Source: a virus
Length of the DNA stretch: 64,000 nucleotides
IMG/VR virus record: IMGVR_UViG_3300022928_001147
Coordinates: 1-64,000 of that record
Direction: 5' to 3' (one strand)
Shown here: in pieces, positions 17,701-27,322 of the stretch
Layout of the letters: each line of letters starts with the position of its first letter
How positions within the stretch are numbered: the first letter of the stretch is position 1
The notes under the pieces: generated by a model
Told to the model about the DNA's origin: nothing
The model's input: the letters and a program-made list of their open reading frames with translations, nothing else
The model's database searches: none
Position numbers and translations under genes: made by a program

Positions 17701-18651
17701 ATGAGTAAGAAACTTACATGGGTTATAGCACATGAACCATATCACCTTTTTATTAATGCAGCACAGCAATTTTCAGAAGAAATTTTTACTGAAACTAACG
17801 GAGAATACGAAATTGAAGTATTAGGGTTATCAGATTGGGCTGAACGTCGTGGTATAGATATCAGTGTACATTTTAAAGATCGCGAACGAGTTGTGCAACT
17901 TGTAAACGATGGTACAATTGACATTGCTACAACTTATATCGAAACTCTAGGTAAGATTGAAAAAGATTTATATGTACTTGGCATGCCATTCTTGTTTAAT
18001 GACGACGATCATGCTACTGATGTTTTAGATGGTGTAATTGGTGAATCGTTATTATCAAAGTTAAGTGCTAAAAGTAATATTCAAGGTCTTGCGTTTACAT
18101 ACTCAGGTGGTTTTAGAATTATGCCAGGTAGCCAAGCACTTGAAACTTTTGAAGATTTCTACAATTTGCCTGTAGCATGTAGTCACAGTCCGGTGAGCTT
18201 TGATACATTTAAAGCAACAGGTGCTGATCCTAGGCCAATGGCTATTGATGCAGTTAAATCTGCTATTACTAACGGTGATGTGAAGGCAGGTTCTACTACA
18301 TATGCTCGTTTCTTTGCAAGTGGTTACAACGATGTTGCTGAAGTAATTAACGATACACAACATAGTTTATTTTTAACTTCAATGATCACTAACTCAAAAC
18401 TATGGAACGAGATGAGTTCAAAGACTAGAGCAATTTTTAAACAGGCTGCACTAAGTGCTGCTAAGTTAGAACGTGAAGAAAGTGTACGTGACAATACACG
18501 AGTTCAAGCAGAAGCTGCTAAGTCTGGAATTCCAACAATTATTATGCCAAGCAAGGAAAAGATTAAACTTGTTAATGCTACTAAATCAATTTATGACAAG
18601 TATTATACTTACTTTAGTAGCGGCCTTTTATCAAGTATTGAACGACATTGA
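17701..18651 (+). CDS. dctP: TRAP-type (DctP-family) substrate-binding protein without signal peptide
   Basis: F..E....T.G...IEV, MPFLF.D..HA...LDG..GE.LL, YSGGFR; preceded by ATAAATA (17666-17672) and AGGAG. Confidence 0.85.
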   Translation: MSKKLTWVIAHEPYHLFINAAQQFSEEIFTETNGEYEIEVLGLSDWAERRGIDISVHFKDRERVVQLVNDGTIDIATTYIETLGKIEKDLYVLGMPFLFNDDDHATDVLDGVIGESLLSKLSAKSNIQGLAFTYSGGFRIMPGSQALETFEDFYNLPVACSHSPVSFDTFKATGADPRPMAIDAVKSAITNGDVKAGSTTYARFFASGYNDVAEVINDTQHSLFLTSMITNSKLWNEMSSKTRAIFKQAALSAAKLEREESVRDNTRVQAEAAKSGIPTIIMPSKEKIKLVNATKSIYDKYYTYFSSGLLSSIERH

Positions 18652-18664
18652 AAATTTAGACATT

Positions 18665-18692
18665 AAAAAAAGGCGCATTATGCGCCTTTTTT
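18665..18692. terminator. Bidirectional intrinsic terminator
   Basis: A7-GGCGCA-TTA-TGCGCC-T6 between convergent dctP and tctC. Confidence 0.9.
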
Positions 18693-18712
18693 ATTGAAGT
18701 TGATATAACTTC

Positions 18713-19684
18713 TTATTTTTTAGATCCGTACATTTCCATGTATGTCTTTTCCCAAGTTTTTCTATTAGCAATGTAATAAGTTCTCTGACCTTCTGGTCCG
18801 ATAAATGCATTATCTAAATTCAAGAACACTTTATCTCTTGCTTGCTTGGCAGCTTCTGTTTTTACAGCTTTAGTTATGGCAGCAACATACCAATCAACTG
18901 CTTCTTGCGGAGTACCTGCTTTTACGCTAATACCCATATCTACTGTCATAACAAAGTTTGGTATAACGCTAGACAATGTAGGAACATCTGGTAAGAATTC
19001 TAAACGTTCTGTTCCTGTAGTAGCTAAAAAGCGAACTTTTCCTGCCTGTTGTAAAGGAATAGCTGGACTTAGTCCACTAACAAATACGTCAGCCGAACCA
19101 CCAACTACGTCAGTAAGTGCTGCGGCTGGGTTTTTGTATTTTACAAATTTAATGTTTGATCCATCTGAGCCTACGCTTTGTGCAAGCAAACGTACAATTG
19201 CTTCTGAGTTAGGATACGTAGTAGCAATAACTACCTTTTCACCTGTTGCAATTGCATTTGCAAGATCATTAATTGTTTTAAATCGGCCAGCTTCAGAAAC
19301 AGTTACAGCAGTAGTGCTGTGCGCAATGCCTGAAATGTATACAAAGTCTTTGTCCCAATCCCATTTTGCAATCTCTGGAGATGAAATATCTGACAATACA
19401 AGACTTAAACTAGCAGTCAATGTAATGTTTTGTCCATCTGCTGGTAACGACAAGAAATGATTAGTTCCTTTAACACTAGCTGCGCCTGGTTTGTAATCAA
19501 TAATAAAATCTACACCAGTTTGTTCTTCTAATGTTGGAAGAATTGTTTTGAAAGTAGTATCATGTAGGCTTCCAGCAGGTGCAGTAATAGTAACTGTTAC
19601 TGGTCCATTAGGTTCCCATGCATGTGCAGATGATGCAAATGCAGCAATTGCAAAGGATGCAATCAATCCGTATAGTTTACTCAT
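18713..19684 (-). CDS. tctC: Tripartite tricarboxylate transporter substrate-binding protein (Bug/TctC)
   Basis: Signal peptide (..SAHA|WEP), P.GPV.V...APAGS..D, KPGAA..G, PADG, PDVPT, GTP. Confidence 0.9.
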   Translation of the reverse strand: MSKLYGLIASFAIAAFASSAHAWEPNGPVTVTITAPAGSLHDTTFKTILPTLEEQTGVDFIIDYKPGAASVKGTNHFLSLPADGQNITLTASLSLVLSDISSPEIAKWDWDKDFVYISGIAHSTTAVTVSEAGRFKTINDLANAIATGEKVVIATTYPNSEAIVRLLAQSVGSDGSNIKFVKYKNPAAALTDVVGGSADVFVSGLSPAIPLQQAGKVRFLATTGTERLEFLPDVPTLSSVIPNFVMTVDMGISVKAGTPQEAVDWYVAAITKAVKTEAAKQARDKVFLNLDNAFIGPEGQRTYYIANRKTWEKTYMEMYGSKK

Positions 19685-19715
19685 TTATTTCTCCTATAGT
19701 TGTGTGAGTATGTAT

Positions 19716-19744
19716 ATATTAACACAGTTAACAATATTTGTCAA
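19716..19744 (-). promoter_or_regulatory. sigma70-type promoter for tctC
   Basis: TTGACA-N17-TAATAT with TGn extension on the minus strand. Confidence 0.7.
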
Positions 19745-20448
19745 CCATGTTCGTCATCGTCTAGTACCCAATTGTGACCGTCTTGTGGATTTCCTTTAAT
19801 AACAGGATAATTGTCCTTTGCTAACGGAACTTCAAACGGGGCAATTCGATCAAACACTTCTTGATCTGTTAAGTACGATGTCATGCAGATATGATATCGA
19901 TCATATCCGCTGCCGTTAATAGCAGTATGTGCAATACGAGTATCAATAAAATAGTTGTCACCTGTTAACGGTGTATGCAAACTGTGATTTACATTATGTG
20001 CAGGAAACACCCACATATTCATTGTATTTGTAATAATAGGAAGATGGAACTTATAGTCAATGTCTCGATGTATTCGAAAACAATGTTTAGGTTTAAGTTT
20101 AAATATCCTTGTACGAATATACGGCACTGGAGATTCTTCTAACAGCTCTTCAAAGATTGTATTTTGAAACATGGGAGTTGTTTTTATAAAATCTGCTTCA
20201 ATGCGAGGATTGTCAGTGCGATCTTTGTGTAAGCTCGGCGTTGGGCCGCACCCGCTGTGATATACATTCACATCTGGTTTATCAAAATCATCAGGATGCG
20301 CTTGTATAGCAAACTGATCTTGAAAGCCGATAGTAAACCATCCCGCTTCTTCAATTTGCGGAATCATAGCATCCATTGCTTCCTTTAAATGTTTAGGATT
20401 TTTTCCTGTACTAAATCGCTTTACATATTTTGTTATAGGTTCTTGCAT
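19741..20448 (-). CDS. AspH-like 2OG-Fe(II) hydroxylase
   Basis: RTRIFKLKP...IHRD...FHLPI.TN; DT...HTAING....RYH. Confidence 0.8.
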   Translation of the reverse strand: MQEPITKYVKRFSTGKNPKHLKEAMDAMIPQIEEAGWFTIGFQDQFAIQAHPDDFDKPDVNVYHSGCGPTPSLHKDRTDNPRIEADFIKTTPMFQNTIFEELLEESPVPYIRTRIFKLKPKHCFRIHRDIDYKFHLPIITNTMNMWVFPAHNVNHSLHTPLTGDNYFIDTRIAHTAINGSGYDRYHICMTSYLTDQEVFDRIAPFEVPLAKDNYPVIKGNPQDGHNWVLDDDEHG

Positions 20449-21011
20449 TACCATATATCCTTATTTGCACTTAGTTGAAATGCTGTTCTAACTCCTGTAA
20501 CATTTTCAACGCCGTGTAGTATAAGTGTATTTAATGCTACCCACGTATTAGTAGGAAACTTTATGGTTTCAACTACGTCTAGATTACTAAAATCGTTTGC
20601 ATGAACTTGACGACCTCTTACTAAATCTTTTCCATGTTCTTGGTACCATACTGTTTTAGCATCTTCGCCGCCTGGATCTAACAAGTACATTATAGCAATA
20701 TCTCGTTTAATATCAGTGTGAGGTGCTAGGTACGGTCCACGGTCTCCGTCACAAAATCGAATACCACAATCAAATGCTTCAGGATGAATATTTTCATGGC
20801 ACCAATTTGTAAAATCTTCATTAAGTGCTTGATAGTAATGAAACGTAAATCCTACTTGTTTTCCATCTTTAAGTACAACACGATCTTCGTATTTTTTGTG
20901 CAATCCGTGTAAGTCTACACCCCAAGATTTTTCTTGTATATGTTTGTTTGCTAGATCAAAAAATCTATCTGGTGGTGTTGGTAGGTCTTCTAAAATTTTA
21001 TAAATCCACAT
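20448..21011 (-). CDS. 2OG-Fe(II) oxygenase-like protein
   Basis: PHTD..R, YLLDPGG, W..LN....HGVEN....R. Confidence 0.7.
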   Translation of the reverse strand: MWIYKILEDLPTPPDRFFDLANKHIQEKSWGVDLHGLHKKYEDRVVLKDGKQVGFTFHYYQALNEDFTNWCHENIHPEAFDCGIRFCDGDRGPYLAPHTDIKRDIAIMYLLDPGGEDAKTVWYQEHGKDLVRGRQVHANDFSNLDVVETIKFPTNTWVALNTLILHGVENVTGVRTAFQLSANKDIW

Positions 21012-22122
21012 TAATTTTCCTCTTGGGTATTTTGCTGTCTGCACTGCTTACACAACTATTTGTTATACAAGGCATTGGAGAATCAAATAGTTTAAACCCT
21101 GTTTCGATATTGCCAAGAGGAACATCATGACATGAATATGATCGCTTAACGCTGCCGTCCGGCTCTCGTATTATAATACCACTGTATCCAGCATTACAAC
21201 TCCAACCTTTAAAATTGTTAAAGTTGAACGCATTAAATCGTTCCGCTTGATCCATGTACCATTTTTCGCCTTTTGAGTCTTTTAACTCAACTTGCATATG
21301 CCACGGTACGCTAGCATCATTTTTTCCCATAATATCTTTAGGTACTTGAAATGTTGGCTTAGGCCTATCTGCCCACTTACGCTTACTTTCTGTGTACGCA
21401 CGTTGTGGCATACCGTTATGCAAACGTTTTAAATTTTCTTCCGTGTAACCATCAACCACGCGGCTCGCAGTAGGATCTGATTGCGGCTTAAGAGTAACAT
21501 TGATTCCTTGTTCGTGAAAGAACAATGCGTTTTCCCAGTCTCTTTCAAACCAGTCCGGAACCATAACCATATTAATCGTAACTTGTACATCGTGCTCCTG
21601 ACAGAAGATTAACTTGTCTGCAAAGTCTTGCATCTTCTCACGTGTATTTAAATGTTCTGTATGTAGACTTGCTGTAATGCTTGCACGATGGAATGGTTTA
21701 ACTGCTTCTACGTATTCTTCAAACCAACTCATTGATCGACTACAGTTTGATGTCATATGAACACTTGTATAGTTAGTATTGTCAACATCATCAGCAAGAT
21801 GTTTTAGTATGTCCAAGTATCCAGGATGGAAAGTAGGCTCTCCTCCCGACAAGGAGAAGTGGAAAGAGTTGAAGCCGTTGTCTCTGGCTTGACGTTTGAT
21901 TTCATCCACTGTACGCAAGCAGAGCTCGGTAGGACGGTGGTCTTTACGATCGCTTCTCGCATATGGCCAACAGTAGGAGCAACGGTAGTTGCAGAATCTT
22001 CCAAGTAACCACGATACAGTAAAAAGATCGCGATAAAGCAGAGTACGTTGACCCACACTGACAATGTCATCAAAGGGAATCTTAGTAAAATCGTAGTTGC
22101 TCCATTTTAAATCTTCATTCAT
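20998..22122 (-). CDS. Radical SAM enzyme, C-terminal twitch-like domain (subfamily B)
   Basis: CNYRCSYC, SGGEPT, C-terminal C..G...C...C....C. Confidence 0.9.
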   Translation of the reverse strand: MNEDLKWSNYDFTKIPFDDIVSVGQRTLLYRDLFTVSWLLGRFCNYRCSYCWPYARSDRKDHRPTELCLRTVDEIKRQARDNGFNSFHFSLSGGEPTFHPGYLDILKHLADDVDNTNYTSVHMTSNCSRSMSWFEEYVEAVKPFHRASITASLHTEHLNTREKMQDFADKLIFCQEHDVQVTINMVMVPDWFERDWENALFFHEQGINVTLKPQSDPTASRVVDGYTEENLKRLHNGMPQRAYTESKRKWADRPKPTFQVPKDIMGKNDASVPWHMQVELKDSKGEKWYMDQAERFNAFNFNNFKGWSCNAGYSGIIIREPDGSVKRSYSCHDVPLGNIETGFKLFDSPMPCITNSCVSSADSKIPKRKINVDL

Positions 22123-22127
22123 AACTT

Positions 22128-22156
22128 ATAATAACATCATTATTATTAATTGTCAA
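22128..22156 (-). promoter_or_regulatory. sigma70-type promoter, probably giving a leaderless mRNA
   Basis: TTGACA-N17-TATTAT with TGn; ATG begins 5 nt after the -10. Confidence 0.7.
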
Positions 22157-22818
22157 ATAATAATTCTTCGTTGTCCTATTTTGTCATAAGTGTTGCTAGT
22201 GTTAATTCCATCAGTGTGTAATGTGTGTGTGTCGTACAAGGGATATCCTATTCCTAACATTAACAGCAAATTGTATCTATTTAATTTATGTGCCTTAAGT
22301 ACCTTTTTAGGAAATGCGTCTTCCCAAAAACACTTACAAAAACCAGACTTTAATCCTAAACTATTTGCAGCTATTGCTATTGCCCCTGCAGATAATCCAA
22401 CTTCTAAGGATGTTAGCACTCTATACGAACCTTTAGATAATGCGTTTCCATGATCTCTATAAAATTTAGTACTACTATCTCTATCTTCTTCTCTCATAAA
22501 AAATAAAAATAGTATATTAGAGTTAGTTTGAGGATTTTGCATTCTTCCTTGTTTTATAGCACTGCTGAGACTCTTAGATATTTGAGAAAGTTCATCGTCA
22601 CTATTCCGTGCTGCGTTAGCAAATTGTTGTATAACATCTCTATCTTTAATACATACAATATCAAAACTATTCAAGTTTTGTTTGGTAGGTGTATTATAAC
22701 CAACATCTATGAGCCAATTAATAGTTTCAAGATCTATTTCTTTAGAGAGGTCCCAATTGCGTTGACAACGCTGACTACTATTTACAGCAGATAAAAACTC
22801 ATCCTGATCTAAACTCAT
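22153..22818 (-). CDS. Nitroreductase-family flavoprotein
   Basis: R.QRNWD...I, PTKQN, G.....IAIAANSLGL.SGFC, LGIGY. Confidence 0.8.
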   Translation of the reverse strand: MSLDQDEFLSAVNSSQRCQRNWDLSKEIDLETINWLIDVGYNTPTKQNLNSFDIVCIKDRDVIQQFANAARNSDDELSQISKSLSSAIKQGRMQNPQTNSNILFLFFMREEDRDSSTKFYRDHGNALSKGSYRVLTSLEVGLSAGAIAIAANSLGLKSGFCKCFWEDAFPKKVLKAHKLNRYNLLLMLGIGYPLYDTHTLHTDGINTSNTYDKIGQRRIII

Positions 22819-22828
22819 ATACTATCTC

Positions 22829-23593
22829 CTATTGTGTTTTACAATTAACCATTTTTAAATATATTTCCGCAAATGTAGCATGTGCAGATTTTCCGGGATG
22901 TAATAAGTCCCTTGCAGTTGCGTCGTTTACTACTGTTTTTTCTGTCTCTGTATCATTAAGATCTAGAACATACAATGGAATATTATTACTCTGACATAAA
23001 AATTTAATAGCATCTAAATTTCTAAGTTTATTTATATATGCTTCTTCTCTAGTAAAGAATCCAGATATAATATCTCTATGAGAAAAAACGCTGCTATTAG
23101 CTTTAACTTGAGACCATTGTTTACAGTAATAAAGTTCTCGCCTATCACTAAGGGGAAGCAAAAGGAACACTCTTTTTATATTTGCAAAGTTAATAAATCC
23201 TTTTAATACTCTATAACAAGTTTCGGGGCCGGCGCCTGGCACACCTAAGTTATAAAGTTTATAATCATTTAATTTTTTATTAACCAATGTCGGCCATATA
23301 TCTTTATAATTAACTTCTTCGCCTAATGTATAACTACAGCCTATGTATGCATTACATTCATCACCTTTAACAAAATCTTTATTTGATCTATATCCAAAGT
23401 TATTAAGTTTGTATGTTATACTATCTTCTTGCCAGTCTTTCATCTCGTTAGGTCTAGAAAGTTTGTTTTCATTAAACAGCTCGCGCTGATTTTTAAATAA
23501 AAAGTTAACTTCTTTTTTATAAAATACAGAAGAAACTATTGTATTTTGTCTTAATAAATCGTAGTCAAATGTATGTTCGTTAGGTAATATCAT
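22829..23593 (-). CDS. SGNH/GDSL-hydrolase-like protein
   Basis: NNFGYRS, GCSYT.G, NLGVPGAG, D..HPG. Confidence 0.7.
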   Translation of the reverse strand: MILPNEHTFDYDLLRQNTIVSSVFYKKEVNFLFKNQRELFNENKLSRPNEMKDWQEDSITYKLNNFGYRSNKDFVKGDECNAYIGCSYTLGEEVNYKDIWPTLVNKKLNDYKLYNLGVPGAGPETCYRVLKGFINFANIKRVFLLLPLSDRRELYYCKQWSQVKANSSVFSHRDIISGFFTREEAYINKLRNLDAIKFLCQSNNIPLYVLDLNDTETEKTVVNDATARDLLHPGKSAHATFAEIYLKMVNCKTQ

Positions 23594-24654
23594 TTTATTT
23601 CCTGCAAATGCGGTATTAGTTCTTTTAATTGTTGATTTCGCATATTATCTAATTCATAAGTGTATTTGTAGAATTTATCTAATAGCAAAGGATCAAATTT
23701 AGTTTGTATTATCTTTGACAATCTACTATTTTTCATAATTTCTAGTACATAGTCTTTGGCAGATTCTGATAATATATTTATTGCTAGAAAACTAGGTCGG
23801 ACAACTAAATTTGTACTCCAGGTGCAGTTGTGTTCATTAGCAAACTCTGTTAATTTATAATACTGGTGTATGTTATAATTTTGCAAAGTAGTGTGTAATA
23901 CAATTTTATTACTAATATGTTTTTTAAAAATGTTTAAATTTTCTACAAAGGTTTCCCAACTAGAGTTTCTTATGTAAGTGTATACTTCTTCAATTCCGTC
24001 AAAACTTAGCACAAGATTAAATTCTTTAAATTTACTAACTTTATTGATCCAACGGGGTATGCGAGTGCCGTTACTTACTACTTCTATTGAAATTTTATTA
24101 GCGTTGGGTAATTCAAGTAATTGCTCTATAAAATATTCTGTGCGAGGCATTATAAAAGGCTCGCCTCCTTTTAATTCTATAAAAAATTCTTTATTGCTAG
24201 CACGAATAAAAGATAATATTTTTTCTATATCTTCTTTTGATAATTCATGCACTGCGGTTCTTGCTGTTTGAAAATGTATACCTTTAGCTGCTAGTATCTT
24301 TGCTTCAGGTATCCAGCTGGTACTGTTTCCAGGTGTACACATTCTACAATTTAGATTGCAGTGATTACCGCAGTTAATATCTAACCTAAATTGATTAGAA
24401 GTTATCCATTCGTCATAACTGTCTCGGCGACTAGTACCGTTAGTTTCTTCGTGTGTTTTGCATAAAGAACAATTAGAATGCCACTGTGTTTGCATAGTAG
24501 TTATAATATCTTTATGTTGTGCTAACTCAAACACATCTTCTAGTCTTTCTAGCTCGCTCACATGAATTAGTTTGTCTGCACTTTGACAACAGATACGAAC
24601 AAACCCTTGCGGGTCTATTTGTATATTTTGTGTAAGTGCTTTACATGATATCAT
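23590..24654 (-). CDS. Radical SAM enzyme, N-terminal twitch domain (subfamily A)
   Basis: N-terminal C...CC...CxxC; CNLNCRMC; KGGEP. Confidence 0.9.
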   Translation of the reverse strand: MISCKALTQNIQIDPQGFVRICCQSADKLIHVSELERLEDVFELAQHKDIITTMQTQWHSNCSLCKTHEETNGTSRRDSYDEWITSNQFRLDINCGNHCNLNCRMCTPGNSTSWIPEAKILAAKGIHFQTARTAVHELSKEDIEKILSFIRASNKEFFIELKGGEPFIMPRTEYFIEQLLELPNANKISIEVVSNGTRIPRWINKVSKFKEFNLVLSFDGIEEVYTYIRNSSWETFVENLNIFKKHISNKIVLHTTLQNYNIHQYYKLTEFANEHNCTWSTNLVVRPSFLAINILSESAKDYVLEIMKNSRLSKIIQTKFDPLLLDKFYKYTYELDNMRNQQLKELIPHLQEIK

Positions 24655-25817
24655 TGTTTAAATATAGGAAATGTTGCAATTAAATTTTCATTGCGTGATT
24701 TGTCTAATGCAGTGTGATGCTGCCAAAACTTATCCCATAACTCCTTAGTGTATTCATCTTGTTTTACAAATGCTAGTATACTACTGATGCAACTGTAGTC
24801 ATACTTATCTAACTTATTAACAACTTTATTTTTTAAATCTGTTGGAAGTACACTTGCACTTAGATGTTCTGGATAGCGAACAAATGTAATTTCAGTTTCA
24901 ATGCCCATACTATCAAACCATTCTAATGCTTCAGGTATGTAATATACATTAGTGTTTTGTACTGTAATTTTAGCAACAATACGAATGTTAGGATATTTTT
25001 TAAGTTGTAATATATTGTCTTGTATTTGCTGCCATTTACTACCGCAGCGAATATAATCGTTTTGTTCCTTGTTCCCGTCAAGACTTACTGCAAGTTTTAC
25101 TGCTTTAAATTTACTCCAGTAATCTAATACGTTATATTTTTTAAATTTTAACATGCTTAAATTAGTAGCATAACTTAAAAATATTTCGTCTGCTCTGTCA
25201 ATTACTTTATCTAGAACCATATAATGTTTTTCGTCAAATAACGGCTCGCCACCTGCGAAATTTAATTCTAACACTTCAGTTAGATCAAGCCCTTCTATAA
25301 ATGCATCTTCATAGCCTAAATAAGGTTTTTTAGTAAGACCGAGATTGACTATATGTTCTTGCCAGTCTATAGGTTGCAAGTCACTAATCTTGTCCCATTC
25401 TTTAAACCAACTGGTACTATCATGAACGCTGCACATACGGCAAGCAAAGTTGCACAAGTTGCTTAGTTTAAGTTCAAGCCATTTTACTCCTGTTGACAAA
25501 CTGCCGTCTGGCGACATTATAGAAACTGCATGCTCATATTCGTCGAGCATTTTCTTACTTCGTTTGTTAAGATATTTTTGTCTTAAACTATCTACCCCTG
25601 CATCTTCGTCTTTATAACATACTTCACAATGCTTATTTCTGATGCCGTTAACCATATCGAGCCGTACTTGTTTTATAGTATCACAATTCCAAGCCTCTGT
25701 TAATGACATAGAGTTAGTATTTCCGATTCTAGGAAGACTACGACAACACAGTTTTATACTGCCGTCAGTCTTAGTACTTTGATGTACAAACGGTGCAGGA
25801 CAGATAGTTTTACTCAT
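24651..25817 (-). CDS. Radical SAM enzyme, N-terminal twitch domain (subfamily A)
   Basis: CPAPF..LCC..CEVC; CNFACRMC; AGGEP. Confidence 0.9.
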   Translation of the reverse strand: MSKTICPAPFVHQSTKTDGSIKLCCRSLPRIGNTNSMSLTEAWNCDTIKQVRLDMVNGIRNKHCEVCYKDEDAGVDSLRQKYLNKRSKKMLDEYEHAVSIMSPDGSLSTGVKWLELKLSNLCNFACRMCSVHDSTSWFKEWDKISDLQPIDWQEHIVNLGLTKKPYLGYEDAFIEGLDLTEVLELNFAGGEPLFDEKHYMVLDKVIDRADEIFLSYATNLSMLKFKKYNVLDYWSKFKAVKLAVSLDGNKEQNDYIRCGSKWQQIQDNILQLKKYPNIRIVAKITVQNTNVYYIPEALEWFDSMGIETEITFVRYPEHLSASVLPTDLKNKVVNKLDKYDYSCISSILAFVKQDEYTKELWDKFWQHHTALDKSRNENLIATFPIFKQ

Positions 25818-26410
25818 GTGTTCTCCATATACAATTGCTTGTTTTTAGGACGCAAAGGATCATTCTCGTTCCATCTATCACTTACTCGTAATTTAAATGT
25901 TATTCCATAAGTTTTAGCTAATGCTTGTGCTGCTTCTATTTGATGTTCATTAAAACTAAAAGGTATAAATTGCCAAACAATATCTTTGCCTAATATTGCA
26001 CCTAATTTCATTGCTGCCATACTGCTATCAAAGTCTATATTTTTTCTATACATATGTGCAGTATTTTTCAGGCCATCTACGCCAAATACAACTTTACCAT
26101 GTGTATAACTATTATAAAATTCTTTCCACCAGTCTAATTTTTTACCACTTCCATTAGTTGCCATAATAAAAAATACATTTTGTGTGTCAAAGAATTTTAT
26201 TATATCAATCAACTTTGGATGATATATCGGATCTCCTAGATTGCCGCTTAACAATACTTTTTTATAATTACCAGACTGAATAACTGTTTTGATAACATCA
26301 ACAGGTAAATCAGTTATTTGTATATTGCCTTTAAGATCTGTGCGCGGACACTTAGGACATTCTAACAAACATCTACGTGTTAATTCAAAATGCACTTTTT
26401 CACTATACAT
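25814..26410 (-). CDS. Radical SAM core lacking its C-terminal SPASM domain (subfamily C)
   Basis: HFELTRRCLLECPKC, GNLGDP, TNGS, F.VDGL..T..YR, WQFI.F..NEHQI. Confidence 0.85.
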   Translation of the reverse strand: MYSEKVHFELTRRCLLECPKCPRTDLKGNIQITDLPVDVIKTVIQSGNYKKVLLSGNLGDPIYHPKLIDIIKFFDTQNVFFIMATNGSGKKLDWWKEFYNSYTHGKVVFGVDGLKNTAHMYRKNIDFDSSMAAMKLGAILGKDIVWQFIPFSFNEHQIEAAQALAKTYGITFKLRVSDRWNENDPLRPKNKQLYMENT

Positions 26411-26699
26411 CTTCGACAACCTTTGTTAACGGATTCTTTAAATTATCTGCAATTGCTCCGCAATGTGTTTTACAAGTAGGTCCAGCAGATTCAGGATTAG
26501 CTATTAAATTGTCTATCCAGTTTTTTAAATGTACATTAACAATTTCATCATAGGGCGTTTTTGTTATATCAAATTTATCACATTCAAACTGTTGATATTC
26601 GTTACGCTCAGGCCTATCACTGAGAAAACAACAAGGACGCACATGCCCTGTTGCAGTAATAAACTGATCTTTCCCTCTTGCACATTTAGGATAAATCAT
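26403..26699 (-). CDS. Stand-alone SPASM/twitch Fe-S domain protein
   Basis: PKC....FITA.G.V.PCCF...C...CG matches the C-terminal domain of 40113..41177. Confidence 0.8.
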   Translation of the reverse strand: MIYPKCARGKDQFITATGHVRPCCFLSDRPERNEYQQFECDKFDITKTPYDEIVNVHLKNWIDNLIANPESAGPTCKTHCGAIADNLKNPLTKVVEDV

Positions 26700-27322
26700 T
26701 GTTTCTCCAATATAAAAAACAAATTTTCAGGATATTCAGTAAGTTTGAAATTATAATTTTTAGCAAATTCTTTCACAGCAATTTCAAGTTCGGGCCAATC
26801 CTTGTTTTTATAGTCGTCGCCACATATAACTTTCGTATCTTTAAAATATTCTAAAACTTTTTTTGTGTGTTCGTAGGTGTGTTCCGAATCGAGATATATA
26901 GCATCATATGTCGAACAATACTTTTTATAAATGTACTGGTGTGTAGACATCGACGTAACATTAGATAACAATTTATATTTAGGATGATGCTCCATTACAA
27001 AATTCCAGACTTCTTTATGAGACATATTTTTTAACATATTAACTATGTTCGACCAGATATCCAAATTTTTGCCAAATTTGGGCATTCTATCAGAACGAAC
27101 AAAATCAGGAATTTCTGATGCATCAACATTAAAGGAATCTAACACGTCGTATGTGGTATCGTCAGGCAAAACGTCTAACCACGCCCAAGTACTCCTTCCA
27201 AAAAGCACACCAATTTCTAAAAACTTTGCATTTTTAGGTAGTAGTTTTGCAACTTCTGCGTATCGCTGATGCTGATATATACTTGTAAATCCAGGGACTT
27301 GTCTTGCTTGAATTATTTCCAT
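26696..27322 (-). CDS. Class I SAM-dependent methyltransferase (Methyltransf_24-like), copy 2
   Basis: FLEIGV..GRS, D.IYLD..HTYE, ICGDDY. Confidence 0.85.
   Translation of the reverse strand: MEIIQARQVPGFTSIYQHQRYAEVAKLLPKNAKFLEIGVLFGRSTWAWLDVLPDDTTYDVLDSFNVDASEIPDFVRSDRMPKFGKNLDIWSNIVNMLKNMSHKEVWNFVMEHHPKYKLLSNVTSMSTHQYIYKKYCSTYDAIYLDSEHTYEHTKKVLEYFKDTKVICGDDYKNKDWPELEIAVKEFAKNYNFKLTEYPENLFFILEKQ

Noticed and set aside
15807-19684. Host-chromosome contamination or prophage boundary at the transporter genes
   Set aside because: Same AT-rich style, overlapping gene junctions and phage late-promoter motif as the flanks; no att site or integrase seen; read mapping would be decisive
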